A stretch of DNA of 64,000 nucleotides from the NCBI GenBank assembly GCA_965199755.1, contig CBDASZ010000002.1, positions 192,001 to 256,000 of the forward strand, given 5' to 3'. Made by a program: the position numbers and the translations under genes. The notes beneath the pieces are model-generated. The model ran no database searches. It was not told where the DNA came from and saw only the letters and a program-made list of their open reading frames with translations. Below are positions 1 to 10,386 of this stretch, piece after piece (position 1 is the stretch's first letter; each line of letters opens with the position of its first letter). This DNA is from an uncultured candidatus Porisulfidus sp. (GTDB taxonomy: Bacteria; Pseudomonadota; Gammaproteobacteria; Poriferisulfidales; Poriferisulfidaceae).

Positions 1-183
1 CGCTTCCACCGCAAGTGGTCCATAAGCACCATGTTCGGCATCAATAAACAGCCAGTCGAAGCCGGCATCCGACAGAATCTCGGCTACCTGGGGACTGTTG
101 AGGCTCACAATCGGACCGACCAGATTCTCTCCGGCACACACGCGCTTGCGAAATTCGTTTCCAAAGACCAGATTTCCGTTCAT
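1..183 (-). CDS. HpcH/HpaI family class II aldolase, N-terminal part (runs off window)
   Basis: Not in the ORF track. Manual translation from the ATG at 183 gives [54 protein letters not shown]; [11 protein letters not shown] is the family signature. ATGA overlap with the rpiA stop. Confidence 0.85.
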   Translation of the reverse strand, partial: MNGNLVFGNEFRKRVCAGENLVGPIVSLNSPQVAEILSDAGFDWLFIDAEHGAYGPLAVEA

Positions 184-833
184 TCCAGTACCTCCACTTC
201 AGTATCATTGCCAACCAACAATACATCCGCCCCCCGCTGTGCAAATATTCCAACCGTCACGACTCCCGGAATCACATTCAGCGTCCGTTCCATTTCATGC
301 GGCTGCTGGATTTCAAAATTATGTACATCCAATATGACATTGCCATGATCCGTGACAAAGTCCTGACGCCATTCCGGCATTCCGCCCAAGCGCACCAGTT
401 CACGCGCCACCATCGAACGCGCCATCGGAATCACTTCAATCGGCAACGGAAACTGACCCAGATGCGCCACCAGTTTGCTGTCATCCATAATGCACACAAA
501 GGTCTCGCTGCACTGCGCGATGATTTTCTCACCGGTCAGCGCGCCGCCACCGCCCTTAATCAGGCTCTTGTGCCGCGTGGCTTCATCGGCACCATCCACA
601 TACAACCGCAATGGCCCGGCGGTGTTCAGATCAACGACACGAATGCCTAGTTCACGCAGTCGTTGGGTGCTGGCCTCGGAGGAAGAAACAGCCGCGTCGA
701 TCTTGCCGCGCAGCGGTGCCAGTGCGTCAATAAAGAAATTGACGGTGGAGCCAGTCCCCACGCCCAACACCTCGTCAGGCTGGATATAATCCAGCGCCGC
801 TTGCGCGGCGGCTTGTTTTTTAGAATCGCTCAC
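180..833 (-). CDS. rpiA: ribose-5-phosphate isomerase A
   Basis: [26 protein letters not shown] motifs. Confidence 0.97.
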   Translation of the reverse strand: MSDSKKQAAAQAALDYIQPDEVLGVGTGSTVNFFIDALAPLRGKIDAAVSSSEASTQRLRELGIRVVDLNTAGPLRLYVDGADEATRHKSLIKGGGGALTGEKIIAQCSETFVCIMDDSKLVAHLGQFPLPIEVIPMARSMVARELVRLGGMPEWRQDFVTDHGNVILDVHNFEIQQPHEMERTLNVIPGVVTVGIFAQRGADVLLVGNDTEVEVLE

Positions 834-873
834 TTACAATCTCCCTCTCGACAATAAAGTGTAACCTACACTC

Positions 874-1110
874 ATGCCCTATTATGTGTTTCAGGTCGCA
901 GAAGATGCCGCAGTGCATGACCGCTTCACTGAACTCAATTCCTTCGAGGCTTACCGGGAAGCCCGCGACTTCGCTCGCGCCCAGCGCGAAGAGCAGCCCG
1001 ATCTTGATGCCCGCAGCATTCGGATTGTATTTTCTGAATCTGCGGAACTGGCGGAAAACCTGCTGCGCCAGCCTCGAGAAGCACCCATTCTTCGTGAGTG
1101 GGAGAAGTAG
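874..1110 (+). CDS. small hypothetical protein
   Basis: 78 aa ORF filling the gap between rpiA and the Nif3 gene; protein-like composition. Confidence 0.65.
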   Translation: MPYYVFQVAEDAAVHDRFTELNSFEAYREARDFARAQREEQPDLDARSIRIVFSESAELAENLLRQPREAPILREWEK

Positions 1111-1123
1111 CCCCGCACCTGAC

Positions 1124-1882
1124 CTACGCCGGATTCGGCAGATCCACAAAGGTGTGCGACACCCCCAGATGCTCCTCCAGATGTGCCCCTAAAGCACGCA
1201 CACCGTAACGTTCCGTCGCGTGATGACCGCAGGCGAAATAATGTACGCCGCATTCCCGCGCAATGTGCGCGGTCGGCTCGGAAATCTCACCGCTGACAAA
1301 AGCATCCAACCCTAATCGCGCGGCCTCTTCAATCATCCGCTGCCCGGCTCCGGTACACCAGCCAACCGTCTGCACCGGCACGGACGTCTCCGGTCCCGCC
1401 CATATCACCGGATGCTCAAGAATGTCGCTGAAGCGCGCTCGCAACACTGACGCCTCGGCCGCTTCCCGCACGCGCCCTTGTCGCCCCATGCTGGGATCTT
1501 CCGAAACCAGCAAATCGTCTACCTCAAATCCCAGAACCTGCGCCAGCTGGACATTGTTGCCCCACGTCTCATGCGCATCCAGCGGCAAGTGATAGGCGAA
1601 CACATTGATTTGCGCCTCAAGCAGGCTGCGCAGACGCCGGGCTTTCATGCCGGTCACTCTTTGATCCTCACCGCGCCAGAAATATCCGTGATGCACCAGT
1701 ATCGCGTCCACGCCGGAATCAATCGCATGATCAATCAGTGCCTGACTGGCCGTGACACCGCTCATCAATGACGTGATCTGTTCACGCCCTTCGACCTGCA
1801 GGCCATTCGGACAATAGTCCGAAAACCGCTCCGGCTGCAGTACCTCGGTGAGATACGCCGCAAGCGCGTCACGTGTCGTCAT
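1124..1882 (-). CDS. Nif3-like dinuclear metal centre protein (YbgI family)
   Basis: DYCPNGLQVEG, VHHG, YHLPLDAH, GHHATERYG; start trimmed to MTTRD. Confidence 0.95.
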   Translation of the reverse strand: MTTRDALAAYLTEVLQPERFSDYCPNGLQVEGREQITSLMSGVTASQALIDHAIDSGVDAILVHHGYFWRGEDQRVTGMKARRLRSLLEAQINVFAYHLPLDAHETWGNNVQLAQVLGFEVDDLLVSEDPSMGRQGRVREAAEASVLRARFSDILEHPVIWAGPETSVPVQTVGWCTGAGQRMIEEAARLGLDAFVSGEISEPTAHIARECGVHYFACGHHATERYGVRALGAHLEEHLGVSHTFVDLPNPA

Positions 1883-3191
1883 GATCCTCTGTGCGCCAGC
1901 GCGCTGAGGCCGCGTGCGCGGCCAAGCCTTCTGCTTCCGCCAGACACGCCGCCAGTTCGGCGAGCTGTGAGGCACCGGCTACGGACAATTCAATGACGCT
2001 GCTGCGTTTCTGGAAGTCATAACTTCCCAACGGCGACGCAAAGCGCGCCGCGCGCGCGGTCGGAAGAACATGGTTCGGACCCGCACAGTAATCCCCCATC
2101 ACCTCAGCGCTGCGGGCACCCAAAAAGATCGCCCCGGCATGCTGAATCTGATCAAGCACCGCGCGTGGCTCGCGCAGCGCCAGTTGCACGTGCTCCGGTG
2201 CCATGCGATTCACCAATGCGATCGCCTCGTCAATGGTTTCGGTCTGAATCAACGCGCCGCAGTTCTTCAGCGACTCACGAATGATCTCCTGACGCGGCAT
2301 CGCATCCAACTGCGCCTCTAGTTCTGCTGCGACAACCTCCAGATGCGCCGCATCCGGGCTGACCAAACAGGCTTGCGCCTCCACATCATGCTCCGCCTGC
2401 GCCATCAAATCACTGGCCAGCCAGCGCGGATCCGCGCTCCCGTCACTGACGATCACTATCTCGGATGGACCCGCCGGCATATCAATGCCGACGATCCCAA
2501 ACACCTGTCGTTTCGCTTCCGCCACCCATACATTACCAGGCCCGACAATCTTGTCCACCGCCGGGATGGTTTCAGTACCGTATGCCAACGCGCCGATCGC
2601 CTGCGCGCCACCAAGCGCCCAGCCTCGATCCACTCCGGCCACATGCGCCGCCGCCAGCACTGCGGGATTGCTTTGTCCCTTTGGGGTCGGACTGACCATC
2701 AGTACTTCCTGCACGCCGGCAACGCGCGCCGGAATCGCATTCATCAAGACCGAGGACGGATACGCGGCCGTACCGCCCGGCACATAAATCCCGACCCGTT
2801 TCACCGGTAACACACGCTGGCCCAGCCGTGACCCTTCGGCGTCAGCGTACTCAAAGGAATCCAGCGTCACATGCGCGGCATAGTCGCGTACGCGCTCAGC
2901 TGCCGCCTGCAGAGCCTCTTGCAATGGCGAGCCCAACGACGAGAAGGCCGCCTCAAAATCCGCCGCATTGACAGCCAGTGCTTCCACGCTTTGCGGATCG
3001 TGGCCATCATACGTCCGGGTCGCTTCCAGCACGGCCGCATCGCCACCACACTGCACGGCGGCCAGAATCTCGGCCACCGCCCGGCGGCGGTCCGGATCAC
3101 AAGCTGATGCCCGCGCGGACGTGATGACCGCAAAGGCTTCATTGAAATCCGGCTGGCGGGTCGATAAGTTGCCCGCAAACAGCGTGCTCAT
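1869..3191 (-). CDS. hisD: histidinol dehydrogenase
   Basis: GIYVPGG, YPSSVLMNAIPA, KIVGPGN, AGPSE, QAEHD, APEH, GPNHVLPT. Confidence 0.97.
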   Translation of the reverse strand: MSTLFAGNLSTRQPDFNEAFAVITSARASACDPDRRRAVAEILAAVQCGGDAAVLEATRTYDGHDPQSVEALAVNAADFEAAFSSLGSPLQEALQAAAERVRDYAAHVTLDSFEYADAEGSRLGQRVLPVKRVGIYVPGGTAAYPSSVLMNAIPARVAGVQEVLMVSPTPKGQSNPAVLAAAHVAGVDRGWALGGAQAIGALAYGTETIPAVDKIVGPGNVWVAEAKRQVFGIVGIDMPAGPSEIVIVSDGSADPRWLASDLMAQAEHDVEAQACLVSPDAAHLEVVAAELEAQLDAMPRQEIIRESLKNCGALIQTETIDEAIALVNRMAPEHVQLALREPRAVLDQIQHAGAIFLGARSAEVMGDYCAGPNHVLPTARAARFASPLGSYDFQKRSSVIELSVAGASQLAELAACLAEAEGLAAHAASARWRTEDHDDT

Positions 3192-4258
3192 GCCGCGGCA
3201 GTGGCGGCCGCACGCCTACCGCGTATGGCGTCCGCCAGATCCTCCAGCAAAACTTCCGTGTCTTCGAATCCAAGACAGGCATCCGTAATACTCTGCCCGT
3301 ATTGCAACGACTCTCCGGCGACCAGTTTCTGGTTGCCGCCGATCAGGTGGCTCTCCACCATCACCCCGACGATCCGACGATCGCCTGTGCGCATTTGCGC
3401 ACCAATGGTCGAGGCGACCTGCACCTGCTTCTCCGGGTCCTTGCTGCTGTTGGCGTGGCTGCAGTCAATCATCACCCGAATCGGGAGATCCGCGGCCTCC
3501 AGTCGCGCGCACGCTTCTTCCACAGCATTGGCGTCGTAGTTCGGCTGACGCCCGCCGCGCATGATAATGTGCGTATCAAGGTTGCCTGTGGTGTGAAAAA
3601 TGGCGCTGTGCCCGTCCTTGGTCATGGACAGAAAACGATGCGGCTGCTGCGAGGAGCGAATCGCGTCGACCGCAATCTGAATGTTGCCGCTGGTACCGTT
3701 TTTGAAGCCCACCGGACACGACAGCCCGGAGGCCAGCTCACGATGACACTGGCTTTCGGTCGTCCGCGCGCCGATCGCGCCCCAACTGATCATGTCGGCC
3801 ACGTACTGCGGGCTGATCAGGTCCAGATATTCGGTGCCGGCCGGAAGTCCGATGTCGCACAAGTCGCGCAACAGGCCGCGCGCCGTGCGCAGGCCCTTGT
3901 TGATGTGGAAGCTGTCGTCGAGGTCCGGATCGTTGATCAAACCTTTCCAGCCGACGGTGGTGCGCGGTTTCTCGAAATACACCCGCATCACAATCAGCAA
4001 TTCTTCTTGCAGGCGCTCGCGCACCGCCAAGAGGCGCTCGGCGTACTCGTGCGCCGCGCTCACGTCATGGATCGAGCAAGGCCCGACCACGACCATCAGG
4101 CGATCATCCCGACCGTCCAGCACCTCACGGATTTGCGTGCGGGCATTGAACACCGTCTGCGCGCCACTCTCCAACAGCGGCAGTTCACCCAGCAGGGTTT
4201 GCGGCGCGATGACATCATGCGTGTCCGTAATGCGCAGATCATCTGTTGCGTACTTCAT
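3188..4258 (-). CDS. aroG: class I DAHP synthase (AroF/G/H family)
   Basis: GPCSIHD, RVYFEKPRTTVGWKG, IGARTTESQ, DCSHANS; the isoenzyme cannot be assigned. Confidence 0.93.
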   Translation of the reverse strand: MKYATDDLRITDTHDVIAPQTLLGELPLLESGAQTVFNARTQIREVLDGRDDRLMVVVGPCSIHDVSAAHEYAERLLAVRERLQEELLIVMRVYFEKPRTTVGWKGLINDPDLDDSFHINKGLRTARGLLRDLCDIGLPAGTEYLDLISPQYVADMISWGAIGARTTESQCHRELASGLSCPVGFKNGTSGNIQIAVDAIRSSQQPHRFLSMTKDGHSAIFHTTGNLDTHIIMRGGRQPNYDANAVEEACARLEAADLPIRVMIDCSHANSSKDPEKQVQVASTIGAQMRTGDRRIVGVMVESHLIGGNQKLVAGESLQYGQSITDACLGFEDTEVLLEDLADAIRGRRAAATAAA

Positions 4259-4266
4259 CAGTTGTG

Positions 4267-4896
4267 TTACTCCGTCTCTACGGCTTCTCGAAGGCGCGTC
4301 AACATCGGCACCATCTGATCGTGATGCAACTTCCAGGCACCCTTGTTGACAATCAAGCGGGAACTGACATCGGCGAGCGTCTGATAGGTCTCCAGACCAT
4401 TCGCCTCCAGTGTCTGCCCCGTATCCACTAGGTCTACAATGCAGTCCGACAGCCCCGCCAGCGGTGCCAACTCCATGGAACCATATAATTTTATCGTAAG
4501 GGCCTGTTGCCCTCGCGACGCAAAGTAGGCGCGCGCCAGACGAACATACTTCGTTGCGACCCGAATTCGAGGCTGCTGCAGGCAGGACTCCCCGCCTTTC
4601 GGTCCCGCCACCACCAGCCGACAGCGAGCGATACGAAGATCCAGCGGCTCATACAAGCCGGCGACACGAGACTCGGACAGCACATCGCTGCCGGTCACGC
4701 CCAGTTCAGCCGCGCCGAGCGCGACATAAGTCGGCACGTCCGCAGCGCGCAGGATTACCAATTCCAGATCCGAGTCCCGACACGGCAGAATCAACTGGCG
4801 ACTGCGCTCCGGGTCGCCTTCCGGCGCAATCCCGGCGCGCGCGAACACTTGCAGCGCCTCACGCAGGATGCGTCCTTTGGAGACTGCGATTTTCAT
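4267..4896 (-). CDS. hisG: ATP phosphoribosyltransferase, short form
   Basis: IAVSKGR, RAADVPTYV, VATKY, GSMELAP, DLVDTG; about 209 aa (HisZ-dependent form). Confidence 0.95.
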   Translation of the reverse strand: MKIAVSKGRILREALQVFARAGIAPEGDPERSRQLILPCRDSDLELVILRAADVPTYVALGAAELGVTGSDVLSESRVAGLYEPLDLRIARCRLVVAGPKGGESCLQQPRIRVATKYVRLARAYFASRGQQALTIKLYGSMELAPLAGLSDCIVDLVDTGQTLEANGLETYQTLADVSSRLIVNKGAWKLHHDQMVPMLTRLREAVETE

Positions 4897-6164
4897 GTCT
4901 CTTCCCTCTCGCTGAGCCGCTGAATCTGCGCGCCTAGGCGACGGAATTTCTCTTCCACGCATTCGTAGCCGCGATCAATGTGGTACACGCGATTGATCAC
5001 CGTCTCGCCTTGCGCCGCAAGGCCAGCCAGAATTAGACTCGCGGAAGCCCGCAAGTCAGTGGCCATGACGGGTGCGCCTGACAACTGCTCCACCCCATAA
5101 ACCGTGGCCATGTTGCCGTGCGTCTCGATCTTCGCGCCCATGCGCGCCAACTCGGAAATGTGCATGAAGCGGTTCTCGAAAATCGTCTCCGTAATCGCAC
5201 TCGCGCCTTCCGCAATCGTGCTGACCGCCATCATCTGCGCCTGCATGTCGGTGGGGAAACCGGGGTATGCGGCCGTACTGAAATCGATCGCACGCGGGCG
5301 GGTGTCCGCCATGTCCAACTGCACGAAGTCTTCACCCGTGACGATATTCGCGCCGCACTCTCCAAGCTTGCACAGGACCGATTCCATGGATTGCGGGTCG
5401 ACCTGATTGACCCGCACATTGCCGCCTGTAATGCAGCCCGCAGCCAGATAGGTCGCCGCTTCAATCCGGTCCGCTGGCACCCAGTGCGTAGCACCGCCCA
5501 AGTTGTCGACGCCGTAAATGCAAATGCGTTCGCTTCCAGCTCCTTCGATTTGCGCACCCATTTTGACCAGACAGCGAGCCAGATCCTGTACTTCAGGCTC
5601 CTGCGCGGCATTTTCGATCTCTGTCTCCCCTTGCGCCAGCGAGGCCGCCATCATCAGATTCTCGGTCCCAGTCACCGTGGGTTGTCGCAGGGTAAGCCGA
5701 GCGCCTTGCAAGCGCTTTGCACGGGCCTGGATATAACCGTCACTCACCGTGATCTGCGCGCCCATGTCGGCCAGCCCTCTGAGGTGCGTATCCACTGGTC
5801 TTGTGCCAATCGCGCAGCCTCCGGGCAGCGACACCGTCGCCTCACCGAAACGCGCAAGCAACGGACCGAGCACCAGAATGGATGCCCGCATGGTGCGGAC
5901 CATCTCGTAGGGGGCATGGTAGCGGCACACGCCGCTGGAATCCACGCGCAGGCGCCGTTTCTCTCCTAGAGTCACGCGCGCACCCATGTCGCTCAGCAAC
6001 TTCACGGTGGACGCCACGTCTTGCAAGTGCGGGACGTTGTCGAGAACCAGCGGCTCCTCGCCCATCAGCGAGGCCGCAAGCACCGGCAGAACGGAGTTTT
6101 TCGCGCCCGAAACCAGTACGTCGCCACGCAAAGGCGTGCCGCCTTCAATCAGAAGCCGGTCCAT
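4893..6164 (-). CDS. murA: UDP-N-acetylglucosamine 1-carboxyvinyltransferase
   Basis: SGAKNS, LPGGCAIGTRPVD, YPGFPTDMQAQ, TDLRAS. Confidence 0.98.
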   Translation of the reverse strand: MDRLLIEGGTPLRGDVLVSGAKNSVLPVLAASLMGEEPLVLDNVPHLQDVASTVKLLSDMGARVTLGEKRRLRVDSSGVCRYHAPYEMVRTMRASILVLGPLLARFGEATVSLPGGCAIGTRPVDTHLRGLADMGAQITVSDGYIQARAKRLQGARLTLRQPTVTGTENLMMAASLAQGETEIENAAQEPEVQDLARCLVKMGAQIEGAGSERICIYGVDNLGGATHWVPADRIEAATYLAAGCITGGNVRVNQVDPQSMESVLCKLGECGANIVTGEDFVQLDMADTRPRAIDFSTAAYPGFPTDMQAQMMAVSTIAEGASAITETIFENRFMHISELARMGAKIETHGNMATVYGVEQLSGAPVMATDLRASASLILAGLAAQGETVINRVYHIDRGYECVEEKFRRLGAQIQRLSEREET

Positions 6165-6182
6165 AACAATTCAGGTGCCGAC

Positions 6183-6869
6183 TCAGGAGTTGAGCCAGTG
6201 CGGATAACGCGCCGAGGCATCAGGCGAGGATTCGCGCAAACGCTTGATCACTGCCTCTAAACCGTTCTGGTCTATTTCCGGGCGCAGACTTTTCTGCAAA
6301 CTTTTAAGCAGGAAAATTCCGGCCGCGCGCACCTCAAAGACGCGCCACGACCCGTCCACCTCACGCATCAGGTAGGTCAGATCCACCGGCTCACGCGACG
6401 GCAGCAAAAATTCCGTGCGCACCACCTGATACGACTTGCCAGGTTTGCTCTCAAACGGCAGATAACGAACCTCACCATGCACGTAGGCCAGAATGGTCTT
6501 GGAATACAGGCGGATCAACTGCCGCCGTATGGACTGAAGGAACGCTTCGCGCTGATCCGTTGACGCCTGCATGTAGTGCTGCTTGCCGAGAATGATCCGC
6601 ACGATGCGCTCTTCATCAAGAAACGGGGTCAGCGTCTCATCCACAAAGGCGAACAGCCGTGCGTCATCGCCACGAAATTCAGCCTCGCGAGAGCGCATGT
6701 TGGTCAATAACTGATCAGTGATTTCCTTCAGGCGAACATCCGGCGCGTCGGCCGCCACAGCCGGCAACGCGCACAGGCACGCGGCCAGCGCAAACGCGCC
6801 CGCGCTCAAGCCTTTCAGGCTCAGGGTGCTCGATTTCACAACAAAATGCCCCAATAAACTGCGCGCCAT
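6183..6869 (-). CDS. mlaC: MlaC/Ttg2D periplasmic phospholipid-binding protein
   Basis: Signal peptide, W(R/K)VFEV and GLEAVI C-terminus, position upstream of murA; start uncertain. Confidence 0.8.
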   Translation of the reverse strand: MARSLLGHFVVKSSTLSLKGLSAGAFALAACLCALPAVAADAPDVRLKEITDQLLTNMRSREAEFRGDDARLFAFVDETLTPFLDEERIVRIILGKQHYMQASTDQREAFLQSIRRQLIRLYSKTILAYVHGEVRYLPFESKPGKSYQVVRTEFLLPSREPVDLTYLMREVDGSWRVFEVRAAGIFLLKSLQKSLRPEIDQNGLEAVIKRLRESSPDASARYPHWLNS

Positions 6870-6950
6870 TATAAGCGTTTGCGATTAATCTCTCTTTCGT
6901 ACCACCCGAACAAGTTAAACTACTGTCTCTCTCACGCCCGTGCGCTGCTC

Positions 6951-7376
6951 ATGCTCTGGCTCAAAGCTTTTCACCTCATCTTCATGGTGACCTGGTTCGC
7001 GGCCTTGTTCTATCTGCCGCGTCTGTTCGTTTATCACGCCCAGTGCGAAGACAAGCCGGGCCGTACGCGCTTTCGCGTGATGGAGCGCAAATTGCTGTGG
7101 GGCATCGCCACGCCCGGAGCAGTACTGACGCTGATCTTCGGTTTCGCCACTCTGGCCTATCGTCCGGATCTGCTTGCCGCGAGCTGGATGCAACTCAAAC
7201 TCGCTCTGGTCGGAGCGCTCCTCGCCTATCACGTCTACTGCGTGCATCTGACGCGGCAGTTCGCCCGTGAACAAAACCGCCGCAGCCATGTCTGGTACCG
7301 TTGGTTCAACGAGATTCCGGGGGTGTTTTTAATTGCCATCATCCTGCTGGCCGTGTTGCGCCCAACATGGCTGTGA
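6951..7376 (+). CDS. hemJ: protoporphyrinogen oxidase HemJ (UPF0093)
   Basis: WLKAFHLIFMVTWFAALFYLPRLFVYH, MERKL, RWFNEIP. Confidence 0.93.
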   Translation: MLWLKAFHLIFMVTWFAALFYLPRLFVYHAQCEDKPGRTRFRVMERKLLWGIATPGAVLTLIFGFATLAYRPDLLAASWMQLKLALVGALLAYHVYCVHLTRQFAREQNRRSHVWYRWFNEIPGVFLIAIILLAVLRPTWL

Positions 7377-7386
7377 TGATCCGGCC

Positions 7387-8046
7387 ATGAACGCGACCGT
7401 CTTCTATGACCTCGACCATACACTGATCAGTTGCGACAGCGATTATGAATGGGGACGCTTTCTGTCCGCTTCAGGCGAAGTCGACACCGAGCGCTATGCG
7501 ATCGAAAACCAGAAGTTTTACGACGATTACGTCAACAACACTCTGGATGCGCGCGCCTACCTGCAGTTCGTACTGGAACCGCTGGCTGCGATAGACCCTG
7601 AACGCCTGCAACAGATGCAGGCGCAATTTATGCAGGAACGCATCGAGAGCACCATTCGAGAAAAGGCCCGACAACTGATCGTCCGGCACCGCGAACAGGG
7701 AATGCGGCAAGTCGTGGTCACCTCAACCAATGCGTTCATTGCCGAACCAATCGTGCGCGCTCTGGGCTTGTCGGTGCTGATCGCGCCGCAACCCGAAATA
7801 AAGGATGGCCGCTACACCGGGAAGTTGCTGGACGGTCCGTGCTTCAGAACTGACAAGCCCGAACGGGCCGCCGCGTGGGCTGAAGAGGCGGGTGTGCGGT
7901 TGGGAGAGACCTGGGGGTATTCCGATTCCTACAACGATTGCCCGTTGCTGGAGTTCGTCGATCACGCCGTCGCCGTGGATCCCGACCCGAAACTGCGCGC
8001 ACACGCCGAAAAGCAAGGCTGGGACATCATCAGTCTGGCAGACTGA
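7387..8046 (+). CDS. HAD-IB family hydrolase (possible histidinol-phosphatase)
   Basis: FYDLDHTL, YSDSYND, AVDPD motifs. Confidence 0.88.
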   Translation: MNATVFYDLDHTLISCDSDYEWGRFLSASGEVDTERYAIENQKFYDDYVNNTLDARAYLQFVLEPLAAIDPERLQQMQAQFMQERIESTIREKARQLIVRHREQGMRQVVVTSTNAFIAEPIVRALGLSVLIAPQPEIKDGRYTGKLLDGPCFRTDKPERAAAWAEEAGVRLGETWGYSDSYNDCPLLEFVDHAVAVDPDPKLRAHAEKQGWDIISLAD

Positions 8047-8058
8047 CGCGCGGATGAC

Positions 8059-8991
8059 TCACAGCGAGTAATCGAACGCCTCGCGGAATCTGACTTCCAG
8101 CCACGCCATATCCAGCGTGTGGTTCTGGCCGCCGAGGTGCTGCACCTTCTCGGCTCCAAGCAAAGCGCCAATGCGCCCGCTGGTCTCCCAATCCATGTCG
8201 TGCAACAGGCCATACAGCAAGCCGGCGCGATAAGCATCACCACATCCGGTGGGATCCACATCACGCATTACCTCTAGCGCGGGAATGGACAGCACTTTGC
8301 CGCCGGACAGGTAAATTTCGGAGCCGTCCCCGCCATGCGTGACGATGACCGCCTCCAGGTGTTCTGTCAGTTGTGCCAGCGTCATGCCGCTGCGCACCTG
8401 CATCATGTCCGCTTCATAGGCATTGAACGCGGCCCACGTGGCTTGCTCTACGAAGGTCACAAACTCTTCCTCCTGAAACATGGGCATGCCTTGTCCGGGA
8501 TCAAACAAAAACGGAATGCCGGCTTCCGCCATTTGTTGCGCATGCGCCACCATTCCGGCGCGCCCTTCCGGTGACACCAGACCCAGTTGGATTCCTTCGG
8601 CGAGCACATCCTGTTCGTGGCAGCGCCCCATCGCACCGGGGTGAAAGATGGTGATCTGGTTGTCGTCGAGATCGGTGGTGATAAAGGCTTGCGGCGTGAA
8701 CTCATCATCGAGTATGCGAATGCGCGCTTGCGACATTCCGGTTTGCGTCATCCACTCGCTGTAGTCCCGAAAATCCTGACCGACCGTCGCCATCGGATAG
8801 GCCTCCACGCCCAACAAACCCAGATTGTAGGCAATATTGCCGGCGCAACCGCCAAATTCGCGACGCATGTCGCTCGTCAGAAATGAAACATTCAAATGCT
8901 CCATCTTGTCGCCGAGAATATCCTGATTGAAGTGCCCCTCATAACGCAAGAGCACGTCATAGGCCACTGAGCCGCAGATCAAAACCGACAT
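8059..8991 (-). CDS. PfkB family carbohydrate/adenosine kinase
   Basis: GSVAYD, FGGCAGNIAYNL, FDPGQ, DPTGCGDAYRAG. Confidence 0.92.
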   Translation of the reverse strand: MSVLICGSVAYDVLLRYEGHFNQDILGDKMEHLNVSFLTSDMRREFGGCAGNIAYNLGLLGVEAYPMATVGQDFRDYSEWMTQTGMSQARIRILDDEFTPQAFITTDLDDNQITIFHPGAMGRCHEQDVLAEGIQLGLVSPEGRAGMVAHAQQMAEAGIPFLFDPGQGMPMFQEEEFVTFVEQATWAAFNAYEADMMQVRSGMTLAQLTEHLEAVIVTHGGDGSEIYLSGGKVLSIPALEVMRDVDPTGCGDAYRAGLLYGLLHDMDWETSGRIGALLGAEKVQHLGGQNHTLDMAWLEVRFREAFDYSL

Positions 8992-9024
8992 GGAGATGCC
9001 AAAAAGTTGTGGATGCCCGGATGC

Positions 9025-9604
9025 TTATTGTGGACTGTGTGCGTGCCCTTCAAGAGCCGGCTCCAGAGCCTGATGTACTTTCAGCTGGGGAGTCGGGTTG
9101 CCTAAATAACCCGCCGGCACAAAGCCACCCGTGTGCTGAATGCGCCAACTGTAGTAGCACAATGTGAGGCTGCGCATCAGCATAAAGAGGGTCAGCGCCA
9201 ACCACAGCCCTTGGTTGCCCCACTCCGTCAGCAGAAATTCCCACGCCAGCATATACACCAGAGCCGAGATGGTCATACTGTTGCGCATCTCCCGGGTGTA
9301 GGGTGTAGGTGGTGCCCAGGAACAAACCGGTGAGCAGCAGTGGCAGCATTACGAGCCAGAACAAATGTTCGAGTGCACCCTGCTGCACCGCCACAACCGG
9401 GGTCAGAAATTCAATAATCAGATTCCCGCCCACGGCGACCGCACCGAGATAGTACTCACTCAGCTGGCTCATCACAAAGGAGCCCACGATCCCTGGGATC
9501 GAGGTCGCAAGACCGACCACGATCATGAGCGCGGCCAGCCGCCACACCCGCATGTGGTACTCGCGGGTTAAGTGATCACGGAATAAACGTTCAAATAGTC
9601 CCAT
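9025..9604 (-). pseudogene. dinF: DinF-like MATE exporter, internally deleted and frameshifted
   Basis: N-terminal VWRLA...LGAVAVGG joined directly to C-terminal-type LIIEFLT...FLGTT; frameshift near 9290 into EMRNSM...GNQGLWLALTLFMLMR. About 190 codons versus about 440 for a MATE. Confidence 0.78.
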
Positions 9605-9731
9605 ACACTTCGGCAGTAAAACCCGGTCTGCGCTCTCTTGTTATCAAAAATCCAGCAACCTCAAAACACACAGCGAAAGCAAACCGATCTTTACGGCCAG
9701 AACCAACAGCAGTCTGGAGGGATTCGCCCGA

Positions 9732-9763
9732 TATTATAGAGAAGTCCCCGCAAATCTATAATA
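9732..9763. promoter_or_regulatory. 9-bp perfect inverted repeat containing back-to-back TATAAT boxes
   Basis: TATTATAGA-N14-TCTATAATA between the divergent dinF relic and maf. Confidence 0.5.
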
Positions 9764-9792
9764 GAGGCACGCACGCACTCCCCCCACAATCA

Positions 9793-10386
9793 ATGCGCCC
9801 CCTCATTCTTGGCAGCAGTTCCCCTTATCGCAAAGAACTCCTCAAACGCCTCCGCCTGACCTTCGAAGTCGAAGCGCCTGAAATTGACGAGACGCCGCAT
9901 TCCGGGGAGCCTGTTGAAGACTATGTGTACAGATTGGCCCATGAAAAAGCCGCCGAGGTCGGGCAACACCACGAAGACGCGCTGATTATCAGCAGCGACC
10001 AGTGTGCCACTTTGGGTGGCGCGCTCATGGGCAAACCTGGCACTTATGAGCAGGCGCAGCAGCAATTGACGCAAATGAGCGGTCGGGAAGTTCTCTTTTA
10101 CACCGGCTTGTGTCTGCTGGAGACAGGTTCTGGAACTACGCACTACCGTGAAGCCCGACATGCGGTTGGCTATCGGACGCTGGATGCCGCGACCATTGAT
10201 GCCTATTTGACTCAGGAAGAGCCGTACAACTGCACGGCCGCATTTCGCTCGGAGGGTCTGGGCGTCGCGCTGACCCGCTATATTCGCGGCGATGACCCCA
10301 GTGCGCTAATCGGACTGCCGCTGATTCACCTGATTGAACTGCTGCGCGAAGTCGGCGTAGCGGTGCCGCCCGACGCTACTCTTTAG
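9793..10386 (+). CDS. maf: Maf family nucleotide pyrophosphatase (YceF-like)
   Basis: LILGSSSPYRKELL, IDETP, SDQ, GKP, LIGLPL. Confidence 0.93.
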   Translation: MRPLILGSSSPYRKELLKRLRLTFEVEAPEIDETPHSGEPVEDYVYRLAHEKAAEVGQHHEDALIISSDQCATLGGALMGKPGTYEQAQQQLTQMSGREVLFYTGLCLLETGSGTTHYREARHAVGYRTLDAATIDAYLTQEEPYNCTAAFRSEGLGVALTRYIRGDDPSALIGLPLIHLIELLREVGVAVPPDATL

